From: an uncultured Verrucomicrobiae bacterium
GTDB lineage: Bacteria; Verrucomicrobiota; Verrucomicrobiia; Opitutales; JABDGR01
Reading direction: 5' to 3'
DNA: 64,000 nucleotides
Assembly: GCA_963765205.1 (NCBI GenBank)
Contig: CAVXVB010000009.1
Location: 480,001 to 544,000, forward strand
The translations under genes were made by a program, and so were the position numbers. Of this stretch, positions 51,405-60,563 are shown piece after piece. Below the pieces are notes generated by a model. That model searched no databases, was not told where the DNA came from, and saw only the letters and a program-made list of their open reading frames with translations. The number at the start of each line of letters is the position of its first letter. Position 1 is the stretch's first letter.

Positions 51405-52436
51405 CTATTTGCCAACCTTAAGCTTTCCGCGTTGGTGGAGGACTTCGGCGATTTCGATGGCGTTGAGGGCCGCGCCGCGCCAGAGCTGGTCGCCGGAGAC
51501 CCAGAGGCTGAGGCCGTTCTCGAAATAGGTGTCGCGGCGCAGGCGGCCGACCCCGCACTTGTGCTTGCCGGTGTATTCGATGGGCATCGGGTAGCGGTTG
51601 TGCGCGGGGTCGTCGCAAAGTTCCGCGCCGGCAAAGCCGCTGATGGCGGCGCGGGCCTGGGCCAAATCCACCGGGCGCTCGAAGTCCGCGCTGATCGCGA
51701 TGCTGTGCGCACGGAAGACGGGGACGCGCACGCAGGTGCAGGTGACGCGCAGGGCGGGCAGGTCGAGGATTTTTTTGCTCTCGTGGAGCATCTTCATCTC
51801 TTCCTTCGTGTAGCCAGTGTCCAAAAACTTGTCCACGTGCGGGAGGACGTTGAAGGCGATTTGGTGCGGATAAACATGCGGGGGCGAACTGCGCCCGTCG
51901 GCCCAGGCGCGCAACTGGAGGTCGAGTTCCTGGATGGCCTGCGCGCCGGTGCCGGAGACGGCTTGGTAGGTCGCGGCGAAAAAGCCCTTGAGGCCGAAGG
52001 CGCGGTGGAGGGGTTGCAGGCCCATGAGGGCGATGGCGGTCGAGCAATTCGGGTTGGCGATGATGCCGGCGTGGTGGTCGAGCGCGTGGGGGTTGATGTC
52101 GGGGATCACCAGCGGCACGGTCGGGTCCATGCGAAAGAAGGAGCTGTTGTCAATGACCACGCAGCCGCGCTTGACGGCTTCGGGGGCGAGCTTCTCGGAA
52201 GTCGAGCCGCCGGCGCTGAAGATGGCGACGTCGAGGCCCGCGAAGGACTCGGCGGTGGTCTCGCGCACTTCCCAGCTTTGCGCGCCATAAGAGATTTTCT
52301 TGCCCGTCGAGCGGCCGGAGGCCAGCAGCACAAGCTCGCGCAAGGGGAACTTGCGCTCATGCAGCAGGCGAATGAATTCTTGACCGACGGCGCCAGTTGC
52401 GCCGACGATGCCGAGGCGGTAGGAATGCGCGGACAT
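51405..52436 (-). CDS. asd: aspartate-semialdehyde dehydrogenase
   Basis: GATGAVG, IDNSSFFRM, IIANPNCST, TYQAVSGTG, EEMKM, TCVRVPV, GAALNA. Confidence 0.97.
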   Translation of the reverse strand: MSAHSYRLGIVGATGAVGQEFIRLLHERKFPLRELVLLASGRSTGKKISYGAQSWEVRETTAESFAGLDVAIFSAGGSTSEKLAPEAVKRGCVVIDNSSFFRMDPTVPLVIPDINPHALDHHAGIIANPNCSTAIALMGLQPLHRAFGLKGFFAATYQAVSGTGAQAIQELDLQLRAWADGRSSPPHVYPHQIAFNVLPHVDKFLDTGYTKEEMKMLHESKKILDLPALRVTCTCVRVPVFRAHSIAISADFERPVDLAQARAAISGFAGAELCDDPAHNRYPMPIEYTGKHKCGVGRLRRDTYFENGLSLWVSGDQLWRGAALNAIEIAEVLHQRGKLKVGK

Positions 52437-52983
52437 GACAGATAAAGAAAACGAAATTCTCCGGCGGGTCAGCGAGGCGTGCGCCCGGCGTTCGCGCCCA
52501 AGGGCCGAGCATTGCCTGTGCGTGCAAATTGGCGAGCAAAAACTGTATCACTTTCACGAAGGCCGCCTGGTGCGAACCTACACGATTTCGACGTCGCTGC
52601 GGCCGCCATCGTGCATCGAGAACTCGTTTGGCACGCCGACGGGGCTGCACGAAGTCGCCGAGAAAATCGGCGCGGGCGCGGCGGAAGGCATGGTTTTCAA
52701 AAGTCGGGCGCCGGTGGGCTACCTCTGGCGCGATGCGCCGGTGGCGGAGAGCCGGAAGAACCTGGTGACGACGCGCATCCTGCGCCTGCGCGGTTTGGAA
52801 CCCGGTCGCAACGCCGGCCCCGGCTGCGATTCCTACGACCGCTTTATTTACATCCACGGCACGAATCACCCGGAGAAACTCGGCACCCCCGCCACGGCCG
52901 GCTGCCCGGTGCTGAGCGACGCGGAAGTCATCGAGTTGTTTGACAAGGTGCCGGAGGGGAGTTTGGTGTGGATGGAGGAGTGA
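52435..52983 (+). CDS. L,D-transpeptidase (YkuD family)
   Basis: ISTS...TPTGLH, TRILRL.G.EPG.N, IYIHGT...ATAGC. Confidence 0.9.
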   Translation: MTDKENEILRRVSEACARRSRPRAEHCLCVQIGEQKLYHFHEGRLVRTYTISTSLRPPSCIENSFGTPTGLHEVAEKIGAGAAEGMVFKSRAPVGYLWRDAPVAESRKNLVTTRILRLRGLEPGRNAGPGCDSYDRFIYIHGTNHPEKLGTPATAGCPVLSDAEVIELFDKVPEGSLVWMEE

Positions 52984-53042
52984 GGATTCAGCTTTCGGCT
53001 TGTTGTGCGGCGGGAAACGCGCCAAGCTGGCCGGCTTCGATT

Positions 53043-54545
53043 ATGAACATCACGCCGAGTGAAAGCGAATTCGTGCGCCTGGCCGCGCGGGGGAATTTGA
53101 TCCCCGTTTATGCGGACTTGGTGGCAGATTTTGCCACGCCCGTGGCCGTCTATGCGCGGCTGCGGCGCGGGGGCGCGGCGTTTTTGTTTGAGTCGGTGGC
53201 GGGGGGCGAGCACATTGGGCGCTACAGTTTTGCCGGGTGCCGGCCGCAGGAGACGATTGCGGCTTATGAAAAAGAGACGATTATTACCGACCGTGACGGG
53301 AAGCAGCGGCGCGTGCCGACGCCGGCGGACCCGCTCAAATTGGTCGAGGAGCGTATGGCGCATTACAAACCGGTTGAGCCGCAGGACAAACCGCCGTTCA
53401 TGGGCGGCGCGGTTGGGTTCGTGGGCTATGAATATATTCATCGCATCGAGCCGACGGTGCCGCTGCCAGCGCAGGACGATTTGGGGATGCCGCTGCTTTA
53501 TTACATGATCATTGACCGCGTGGTGGCGTTTGACCATGTGAAGCAGATGGCGCGGCTGGTGGTCAATGCGTTCATCCCGCCGGGTGGCGACGCGCGTGCG
53601 GCTTATCAGGAGGCGGGTGCGGCGTTGCGCGAACTGGCCCGCGAGGTGGCTGACGACCGGGGCGCGGCGATGACGCCACTGGCGCTGGGCGCGGAGCCGG
53701 AGGTGACGGTGCCGGGCGGCAACTGCACGCGCGCGGATTTCGAGGGGCTGGTGAACCGGTCGAAGGAATACATCCGCGCGGGCGACATCATCCAGGTGGT
53801 CGCGTCGCAGCGCTTCGAGCGCGCCTACGGGCGGCCGGCGCTGGATTTATACCGCTCGCTGCGGCTGGTGAACCCGTCGCCGTATATGTTCATTTTGGAA
53901 ACGGGGGACTACGCGGTCGTCGGCGCGTCGCCGGAAGTGCATGTGCGGTTGACGAACGGGCGGGTTGAGACGCGCCCCATCGCCGGCACGCGCCCGCGCG
54001 GGGCGACGGCGGCGGACGACGCGCGCCTCGAAAAGGAATTGCTGGCCGACGAAAAGGAGTGCGCCGAACACCTGATGCTGGTGGACTTGGCGCGCAACGA
54101 CTTGGGCCGTGTCTGCGCGCCCGGCAGCGTCGAGGTGAAGGAATACGCCATCGTTGAGCGTTATTCGCACGTCATGCACATCGTCTCGCAAGTCGAGGGG
54201 CGGCTGGCGCCGGACAAGAATGCGTATGACCTGATGCGCGCGACCTTTCCGGCGGGAACAGTGTCCGGCGCGCCGAAAGTGCGGGCGATGCAAATCATCG
54301 CGGAATTTGAAAAAACGGCGCGCGGTACCTACGCGGGCGCGCTGGGTTACTTCAGTTTCGACGGCAATCTTGACTGCTGCATTCTCATCCGCACGGCGTT
54401 GCTAAAGAACGGGAAGCTGTATATTCAAAGCGGCGCGGGGCTGGTGGCTGATTCCGTGCCGGCGTCGGAATACCAGGAGACGCTCAATAAGGCCCGCGCG
54501 ATGTTCAAGGCGGTCGCCAAGTCGGAACAGTTTACGAAATTGTGA
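53043..54545 (+). CDS. trpE: anthranilate synthase component I
   Basis: FLFESV.GGE..GRYS, NPSPYM, GASPE, PIAGTRPRG, EHLMLVDLARND, FPAGTVSGAPK. Confidence 0.95.
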   Translation: MNITPSESEFVRLAARGNLIPVYADLVADFATPVAVYARLRRGGAAFLFESVAGGEHIGRYSFAGCRPQETIAAYEKETIITDRDGKQRRVPTPADPLKLVEERMAHYKPVEPQDKPPFMGGAVGFVGYEYIHRIEPTVPLPAQDDLGMPLLYYMIIDRVVAFDHVKQMARLVVNAFIPPGGDARAAYQEAGAALRELAREVADDRGAAMTPLALGAEPEVTVPGGNCTRADFEGLVNRSKEYIRAGDIIQVVASQRFERAYGRPALDLYRSLRLVNPSPYMFILETGDYAVVGASPEVHVRLTNGRVETRPIAGTRPRGATAADDARLEKELLADEKECAEHLMLVDLARNDLGRVCAPGSVEVKEYAIVERYSHVMHIVSQVEGRLAPDKNAYDLMRATFPAGTVSGAPKVRAMQIIAEFEKTARGTYAGALGYFSFDGNLDCCILIRTALLKNGKLYIQSGAGLVADSVPASEYQETLNKARAMFKAVAKSEQFTKL

Positions 54546-54694
54546 CGTTGCCAGCTTGGGGTAATCACCCCGGAAAAATGTTTAATGGCGGGGTGAAAAT
54601 ATATTCTTGGCGGCGTGAGTTTTTTTTCTTTGCATAAACAGGGCCATCGGCCTAGAAATGCTCATCGGGCGCGCTAAGTGCTTTGTTGATCTGC

Positions 54695-55861
54695 GTGGCG
54701 AACAAAAAAAACACCGCCTCTCCACCGTCCCGACGTTATGAAGACGACGGGGACGAGCCGATTTTGGGCCGACCCGTCCAGACCGAAGGGGACGCCCAGG
54801 AAAATGCGGCGGCAATCAAAGACGCAGAATCGGCGGAGGAGGTTTTTCATGGTTTGCCGCCTAATGAGCGCAGCAGCTTGCAGATCTACTTGCATGAAAT
54901 CGGGCGCGTGCCGCTACTGACGCCCACGCAGGAAGTGGAGCTGGCCGCGCGCATCCGCGCGGGGGACGAGTCCGCGCGCCAGCAGATGATCAATGCAAAC
55001 TTGCGCTTCGTGGTGAAGATCGCGCATGATTACAGCCACTTTGGCCTGCCGCTGCTCGATTTAATTTCCGAGGGGAACATCGGGCTGATGAAGGCCGTCG
55101 AACGCTTCGATCCGGCCAAAGGCGGAAAATTAACCACCTACGCCGCCTGGTGGATCAAGCAATCCATTAAGCGCGCCCTCGCCAACCAGAGCAAGACCAT
55201 CCGCCTGCCCGTGCATATGGTGGACAAGATTGCGCGCCTGCGCAAAACCGCGCTGCAAATGCAGGAGACCCTGGGCCGCGAACCGACCAACGAGGAACTG
55301 GCGGAGGTATTGGGCCTGCCGGTGAGAAAAATCGCGCACCTCAAGACCGTAAGCGTCCGGCCGTCCTCCCTGGACGCCCCGGTGGGCGAAAACGATACCA
55401 CGGAACTCGGTGAACTCGTCTGTGACGAAAACGAACCGACACCCTTTGAAAATTTGCGCGGCAAGACCAGCCAGCAGGACATCAGCAACATCATCGCGAA
55501 GCTCGAACCGCGGGAGACGGAAATCCTGCGCCTGCGCTTCGGACTGGACGGGGAGCGGCCCAAGACGCTCGAAGAGGTGGGTATGTGCCTAGGGGTGACC
55601 CGCGAGCGCGTGCGCCAGTTGCAGAACACGGCGCTGGCGAAAATGCGCAAGGCGCTGACGAAACTTGAAAAGCAAAACACCGCCGAGGAGGCGCAGGACG
55701 AGTTGGACGAAGCAGCCGAGCTGCCCCCGACGGCAGCAACCATGCCCGTGCGCGCCGCCTCCACGCCGGCCCCGGCGCGGCCACCAGACGACACGGCCGT
55801 GCTCTATGCCTTCATGCGCGCCCAGCGCGAGCGCAAGGGCGACACAACGCGGATGCTCTGA
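54695..55861 (+). CDS. RpoD/SigA-family sigma-70 factor (lacks region 1.1; start uncertain)
   Basis: YLHEIG..PLL, NLRFVVKIA, DLISEGNIGLMKAVERFDP, TYAAWWIKQ, TLEEVG..GVTRERVRQ. Confidence 0.93.
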   Translation: MANKKNTASPPSRRYEDDGDEPILGRPVQTEGDAQENAAAIKDAESAEEVFHGLPPNERSSLQIYLHEIGRVPLLTPTQEVELAARIRAGDESARQQMINANLRFVVKIAHDYSHFGLPLLDLISEGNIGLMKAVERFDPAKGGKLTTYAAWWIKQSIKRALANQSKTIRLPVHMVDKIARLRKTALQMQETLGREPTNEELAEVLGLPVRKIAHLKTVSVRPSSLDAPVGENDTTELGELVCDENEPTPFENLRGKTSQQDISNIIAKLEPRETEILRLRFGLDGERPKTLEEVGMCLGVTRERVRQLQNTALAKMRKALTKLEKQNTAEEAQDELDEAAELPPTAATMPVRAASTPAPARPPDDTAVLYAFMRAQRERKGDTTRML

Positions 55862-55915
55862 GATTTTGGGCCGATACTTCGCGTGGGAAAAAGGACCGGC
55901 GCGCTGCATCATGCC

Positions 55916-55944
55916 TTGCACGGGGCCGATTTTTGCATTATAAA
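55916..55944 (+). promoter_or_regulatory. putative sigma-70 promoter, likely leaderless transcript
   Basis: TTGCAC-N17-TATAAA ending 5 nt before the ATG at 55950. Confidence 0.55.
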
Positions 55945-55949
55945 AGAAC

Positions 55950-56711
55950 ATGGCTGTGGTTTACCTGGTGCTTGGCTTGCCCGGCTCCGGCCGGGACGAA
56001 GTTGTTTTCAACTTGGTTGAAGGCGGCTTGGGCGACGGCCAGCCGGTGACAGTTTATCATGCTGCGGGTGAGGCGACGGATGGGGGTCTGGGCACGCGTC
56101 CAAACATCACGCGGGTGCCGTTTACTTTCGACAAGGATCATTTCACCACCGCCCCCGAGGCCGAGCCGGCAGAGGAGCCGGAGGCGGCATTTTTTTTGAC
56201 CGATGGGCGCGCCAGCGTGATAGACCAGATTGAGGCGTTTCCCGCCTGGTTGCAGGCGCGCGGCTGGGAATTGGCACGGATTCTTCTGGTGGTGGACTGC
56301 GCGCTGGCGGCGGCGCACCCGGTCGTCACGGAGTGGCACGCGGCCTGTGTGCATTTTGCCGACTGTGTGCTGCTGAACCGCCGCAATGCGGCCAGCCACG
56401 AGTGGGCGCGGGATTTTCAAAAAAAGTTTGCCGAGGCGCGCTACCCGTGCGTGTTTGTGCTGGTCAAGCAAGGGCGGGTGCCCAACCCACTGGTCGTATT
56501 ATTTCCCGAGGCGCGGCGCATGACCCTGGTGTTCGACGACATTGACCCGGTGGATGAACTGGAACTGGACGAGGAGAATTTGCCTGAGGAACCGTTCACG
56601 CTGGAAAACAAGGTGGATCCCTATTTCGAGCGCCTCCTTAGCGGCCACCGGGTCAAACCCGTGCCGGATGTCACGGCGTATTTGGCGAAACGAGAGCACG
56701 CCAGCTCTTGA
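55950..56711 (+). CDS. hypothetical protein with degenerate P-loop (CobW/GTPase-like fold)
   Basis: LVLGLPGSGR at the N-terminus; LVVDC and FADCVLLNR elements. Confidence 0.6.
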   Translation: MAVVYLVLGLPGSGRDEVVFNLVEGGLGDGQPVTVYHAAGEATDGGLGTRPNITRVPFTFDKDHFTTAPEAEPAEEPEAAFFLTDGRASVIDQIEAFPAWLQARGWELARILLVVDCALAAAHPVVTEWHAACVHFADCVLLNRRNAASHEWARDFQKKFAEARYPCVFVLVKQGRVPNPLVVLFPEARRMTLVFDDIDPVDELELDEENLPEEPFTLENKVDPYFERLLSGHRVKPVPDVTAYLAKREHASS

Positions 56712-56720
56712 CTGACAAAG

Positions 56721-58955
56721 TTAGAAGAGCAACTCATTTTGCCGCGGCTGGGCGCGGCTGGCGGGGGCGAGGAACGCGGCATAGCGTTCGACCCAATCAT
56801 CCAATTTTTCGAGGTAATAGCCCGGATCGTAGGGGGCCTGGACGGGGTCGTAACTTTCAATCGGGCGCGCGCGCTGCCAGTCGGGCGCGTTATTTTTTGC
56901 GCCGGTGGTGATGTAATAGGTGACCGATTCGCCCTGGCGCGGGAGCGGATTCATTTTCAAGGCGACTTCGAGCGCGGCGCGGCGGGGTTTGCTGCTTTCG
57001 ATTTCGATCGCATGGCGGTAGGCTTCAGGGCTGAGGCTGAGGAATTCCGTTTTCGCGAGCCGACGCACGTCCACCGAGCGATCGCGCAGCCCGGCGCGCA
57101 ATTTCTCCAGCAATTCCTCGGGAGCCGGGCCGCTGGCGAGGAGGAGGTGGCGCAGGAGGGCCTCGGTCAATTCGCGCAGGAACGGCTCGACCCCGCGCGA
57201 GCGCAGCGCGGAGCCGCGGGTGGTGACTTCGCCGCCGTCGAGCAGCGCATAGTTTTTCGCCTTGTAGCAAAACATGGCCTTGAATTTCCCGTCGAATTCC
57301 AGATCAATCCCGGCGGGCAACACGCCGGCCACGCGCGCGAGCAGTTCTTCGGGCTGGTCGTAAAATTCGGGCGCGTGCAGGTAGAGGCCGTCGGTGTCGG
57401 CTTCGAGCACCTTGGCTCCATGCCGCTCAAATTCCACGATCAGCGCCTGGAGCAATTCGCGCCCGCGGGCGGTGACTTCCGCCGCGAGTTCGCTGTCGCC
57501 AAAGCGCGCGCCTTCGAAGCCGAGGTAGCCGTAGAAAGAATTGATGATGATTTTGAAACCGGCCTGGCGCGCCTGGTATTCGCGGCGCAACTCGGCGGTC
57601 GCGGCGTCGCGCGCGAGGTTTTTATAGGCGAGGCGTTCCGCGCGCAATTCCCGCAGCAGCGGAATAAACGCCCCGAGCGAGTCGCCTGCGGGATTGCGGC
57701 CGATGAGTAGGAGCAGGCTGGGGTAGAGCGACGCAACGTCGAAGTGCAGCACTTTGCGGAACACGCCGGTGAGCAGGCCGCGCGTGTAACCGCCTTCGAA
57801 GGGCCGGGTTGGCGGCGGCGTGGGCAGGGCGCGGCGGGCGTGGAAATATTTTTCTAGCAGTAGAATCTCCGCCTTGAAAGCCGAGCCGCGCAGGCAGGCG
57901 TCCTGTAATGTAATAGGAAATGTTTTGGCCTGCGCGACGTAGCCGGGGAGCAGCAAGTCGGCGAGGGCGCGCGTCTCACGCAAGTCGTCGCGCAAATAGG
58001 CGCGGAAGCGCTCGCGGTCTTTGGCAAAAGTTTCTTGAATCGCCGCGGGGGCGAGGTAGGTGCGGGCGTCGTCCGCCTTGGTCAGGCCGAGGTGTTGCGC
58101 GACGGCCTTGAGGCCATAGGAGGGCAGCTCGCGCGCGGCGAGGTCGTAAAGCTGCACCATCAAGTAGGTGTCGAACACGGCGCGGCCGGGCAAATCGCAG
58201 CGGGGAAAATCGAGGTGGCGTTCGGCCACGCGCAGGCGGCCCGGGCGAAACGCGGCTTCCTGCCCAAAGCGGCCCCACGCGCACGGCACATGGTGTCGTC
58301 GGCAGCGCACGCGGAGGTAATCCAGGTCGAACTTGAAAATATTGTGCCCCTCAATGACATCCGGGTCTTCTTCGGCCAGCACGCGATTGAGATCTTCGAG
58401 CAGCACGCGCTCGGCGTCGTGGGTCGGCGCGCTGATTTCCAGCAGGCGCGGGCCGCGGGCGGTGCCGAGGCCGATGGCGAGGACGCGGTCACCGGCGCGC
58501 TGCGCATTGGAAAAACCACCTGGCTCGCCGCACGCGGTTTCGATGTCGAGTTGTAGGCGGCGCAAGTGCGCAAAGGTCAGCCCGGCGAACATCCGGGTGC
58601 CGCGCTGCAAAAGAAACTGGCTTTCGAGGGCGCGCAGGGTTTCCGAATCGGTATTGCGCGGGCGCTGCTCGAGCCAGGCGCGGTAGGCGGCCACGTCGGC
58701 GAAATGCGCGAGGTGGGTTAATTGGCCGTCGCCAGCCAGGCGCTCGACGTGTGCGGAGGCCGGGTCGGGGAGGGCGGATTCGTTCACCCAGGCAAATGGT
58801 TGAAAGGCTGATGAGGAGACCACGCGCGGGCCATCGCCCTCGGCTGTGGCTAGGCGGGCGACGCCATCCGCGCCGACCCATAAACCACACAGCGGCGGCG
58901 GGCCGGATTCCCATTCGGCGCGCGGGTCGGGAAGCGGGGGCGTGGTTTGGCTCAT
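56721..58955 (-). CDS. polB: family B DNA polymerase (Pol II-like) with 3'-5' exonuclease
   Basis: LDIET, GHNIFKFDL, YLRDD exonuclease motifs; FDVASLYPS, KIIINSFYGY, ADTDG, KNYA polymerase motifs. Confidence 0.92.
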   Translation of the reverse strand: MSQTTPPLPDPRAEWESGPPPLCGLWVGADGVARLATAEGDGPRVVSSSAFQPFAWVNESALPDPASAHVERLAGDGQLTHLAHFADVAAYRAWLEQRPRNTDSETLRALESQFLLQRGTRMFAGLTFAHLRRLQLDIETACGEPGGFSNAQRAGDRVLAIGLGTARGPRLLEISAPTHDAERVLLEDLNRVLAEEDPDVIEGHNIFKFDLDYLRVRCRRHHVPCAWGRFGQEAAFRPGRLRVAERHLDFPRCDLPGRAVFDTYLMVQLYDLAARELPSYGLKAVAQHLGLTKADDARTYLAPAAIQETFAKDRERFRAYLRDDLRETRALADLLLPGYVAQAKTFPITLQDACLRGSAFKAEILLLEKYFHARRALPTPPPTRPFEGGYTRGLLTGVFRKVLHFDVASLYPSLLLLIGRNPAGDSLGAFIPLLRELRAERLAYKNLARDAATAELRREYQARQAGFKIIINSFYGYLGFEGARFGDSELAAEVTARGRELLQALIVEFERHGAKVLEADTDGLYLHAPEFYDQPEELLARVAGVLPAGIDLEFDGKFKAMFCYKAKNYALLDGGEVTTRGSALRSRGVEPFLRELTEALLRHLLLASGPAPEELLEKLRAGLRDRSVDVRRLAKTEFLSLSPEAYRHAIEIESSKPRRAALEVALKMNPLPRQGESVTYYITTGAKNNAPDWQRARPIESYDPVQAPYDPGYYLEKLDDWVERYAAFLAPASRAQPRQNELLF

Positions 58956-59002
58956 GACGCGTTCGACCGGGGTTTTCGGAGAACGCGACCAGTCTTAAAG
59001 GC

Positions 59003-59467
59003 TCATTTCAATCTACGCCATCCACTATTTTCGCCGCCGATTTGCAGGACGCCATACAGGACGCCGGGCAAGACCAGGGCCAAAACGCCCGACAGCGAAC
59101 CGTTGGCGATTAGGGTCAACACCATCACCCCCACGCCGACCAAGGCCGACCCGTAGAACGCCCACTTTTTCCATCGGAACAAAAAGATGACGCAGAACAT
59201 GTCAATTGCAGCGAGCGCGGTGATTCCCCAAGTATACCACGCCGGATCGGGAGCGATCTTGATGACGGAACTCAACTGGGGCGCGCCACCGATGGCGCTC
59301 ATCCCGAGGTTGATGAGGATAGACAGGGCCTCAACGAACAGCATAAAAAGGAGCCAGGCCAGCAGGCAGCCGTGACGTTTTGGTGTTTTCGCTGGCGGGG
59401 GTGGCGACGGCGGCCCGGGGGGCGGCGGATGGAGAATCGGCGGGATGGAAGGGGAATTCATAGTCAC
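59003..59467 (-). CDS. hypothetical membrane protein
   Basis: Pro-rich N-terminus, KRHGCL motif, 4 hydrophobic segments, WKKWAFYG. Confidence 0.7.
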   Translation of the reverse strand: MTMNSPSIPPILHPPPPGPPSPPPPAKTPKRHGCLLAWLLFMLFVEALSILINLGMSAIGGAPQLSSVIKIAPDPAWYTWGITALAAIDMFCVIFLFRWKKWAFYGSALVGVGVMVLTLIANGSLSGVLALVLPGVLYGVLQIGGENSGWRRLK

Positions 59468-59500
59468 CCATCATAGACCCCGGCGGGCTGAAAACGACGC

Positions 59501-59534
59501 AAAAAAAAGAGGCGCACCCCGCAGGATGCGCCTC
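59501..59534 (-). terminator. intrinsic terminator of hsp20
   Basis: GAGGCGCATCC-TGCG-GGGTGCGCCTC stem followed by T8 on the - strand, 21 nt after the stop. Confidence 0.85.
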
Positions 59535-59555
59535 CGATCCGGCCAACAGTACGCG

Positions 59556-59981
59556 TTAACGCACTTCGATCCGGCGCGGCTTGACCTGCTCAGCCTTGGG
59601 CAGAGTAAGCGTCAGCAGGCCGTTTTCATGCGTGGCCACGACTTTGCCGGCGTCCGCACCCTCGGGGAGGGTCAGGACGCGTCGGTATTCCGCCGTGGAC
59701 TCGGCGTTGCTGGTCTTGTCCGCGCGTTTCGCGTTGAGCGTCAGCACGGAGTTTTCGATCTCGACCTGGATGTCCTCTTTTTTCACGCCCGGCAGCTCGA
59801 CCTTGACGTAATAATGATCGGCATCCTCGGACAAGTCCGTGGCGGGATAGCCGACATTGGACGTGCCAGTAGCTTGGGTGTCACAGGCACCGCTCTCGCA
59901 GCGCCCGGCCGTCGGAAACAAAGCTCCGAAAAACCGATCGAAATCGGTCGAAGCAGGATAGGTGTAACGAATTAGTTTCAT
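59556..59981 (-). CDS. small heat shock protein Hsp20
   Basis: ELPGVKKEDIQV, YRRVLTLP, ENGLLTLTLPK; GGAGGT SD. Confidence 0.95.
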   Translation of the reverse strand: MKLIRYTYPASTDFDRFFGALFPTAGRCESGACDTQATGTSNVGYPATDLSEDADHYYVKVELPGVKKEDIQVEIENSVLTLNAKRADKTSNAESTAEYRRVLTLPEGADAGKVVATHENGLLTLTLPKAEQVKPRRIEVR

Positions 59982-60022
59982 AGTAATTACCTCCATTGAA
60001 GATGAATTGAACACCCAATATT

Positions 60023-60119
60023 CATCAGGTTTCATGCCAGGGATAATTTATGGATAAGTCTTTCATTGTGAATCAGTAAGCAAATATGAAAAATGCGAGA
60101 TATGAGACAATATGACTCA
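60023..60119 (-). promoter_or_regulatory. candidate sigma-54 promoter plus upstream palindrome for hsp20
   Basis: TGGCATGAAACCTGA (60039-60025); imperfect palindrome TGAGAC-AATAT-GACTCA (60103-60119). Confidence 0.45.
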
Positions 60120-60170
60120 CACATTGGGTCGGGAAAAACCGGTTGCGTCCCATGAGCGTCTGGTTTGGCA

Positions 60171-60458
60171 TCAGAGCCTGGGTTTGAGCACCACCACGGT
60201 TGCGCCCCAGCCGCCAGTAGTTTCATCGCCTAGGCGGAAGGAAACAACGACGGGCAAACGACGCAGGTGGGCGTGAACCAATTCACGCAAGGTGCCGATG
60301 CCCTTGCCATGCACGATGCGGACTTCGCGCCAGACGCGCGCGCGGCTTTCCTCCAAAAATGCTTCGAGTACTTGAGCCGCCTCGGATGGCCGAAAGGTGT
60401 GCAAGTCCAGCATGCCTTTGATGGGCAACGGATGTGGTTGTTCGCCTGCGCCGGACAT
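60171..60458 (-). CDS. Smr/MutS2 C-terminal domain protein
   Basis: LDLHTF, VRIVHGKGIGTLR, GGWGAT. Confidence 0.92.
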   Translation of the reverse strand: MSGAGEQPHPLPIKGMLDLHTFRPSEAAQVLEAFLEESRARVWREVRIVHGKGIGTLRELVHAHLRRLPVVVSFRLGDETTGGWGATVVVLKPRL

Positions 60459-60563
60459 GGAGATGGATGCTGCCACCCGGCCGCGCACACGCCAAACCCA
60501 AAGTGGTTCCGGGGCTGAGTTTTCCCGCTCGAAACCGGACCCGGCTTTGGCTAGGGTGCTCCG

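Noticed and set aside
52984..53042. Trp leader peptide/attenuator before trpE
   Set aside because: No short ORF with tandem Trp codons and no U-tailed terminator
56721..58955. Family B polymerase as a sign of a prophage, pipolin or intein
   Set aside because: Host-like GC and codon use, no integrase or phage genes nearby, and length leaves no room for an intein
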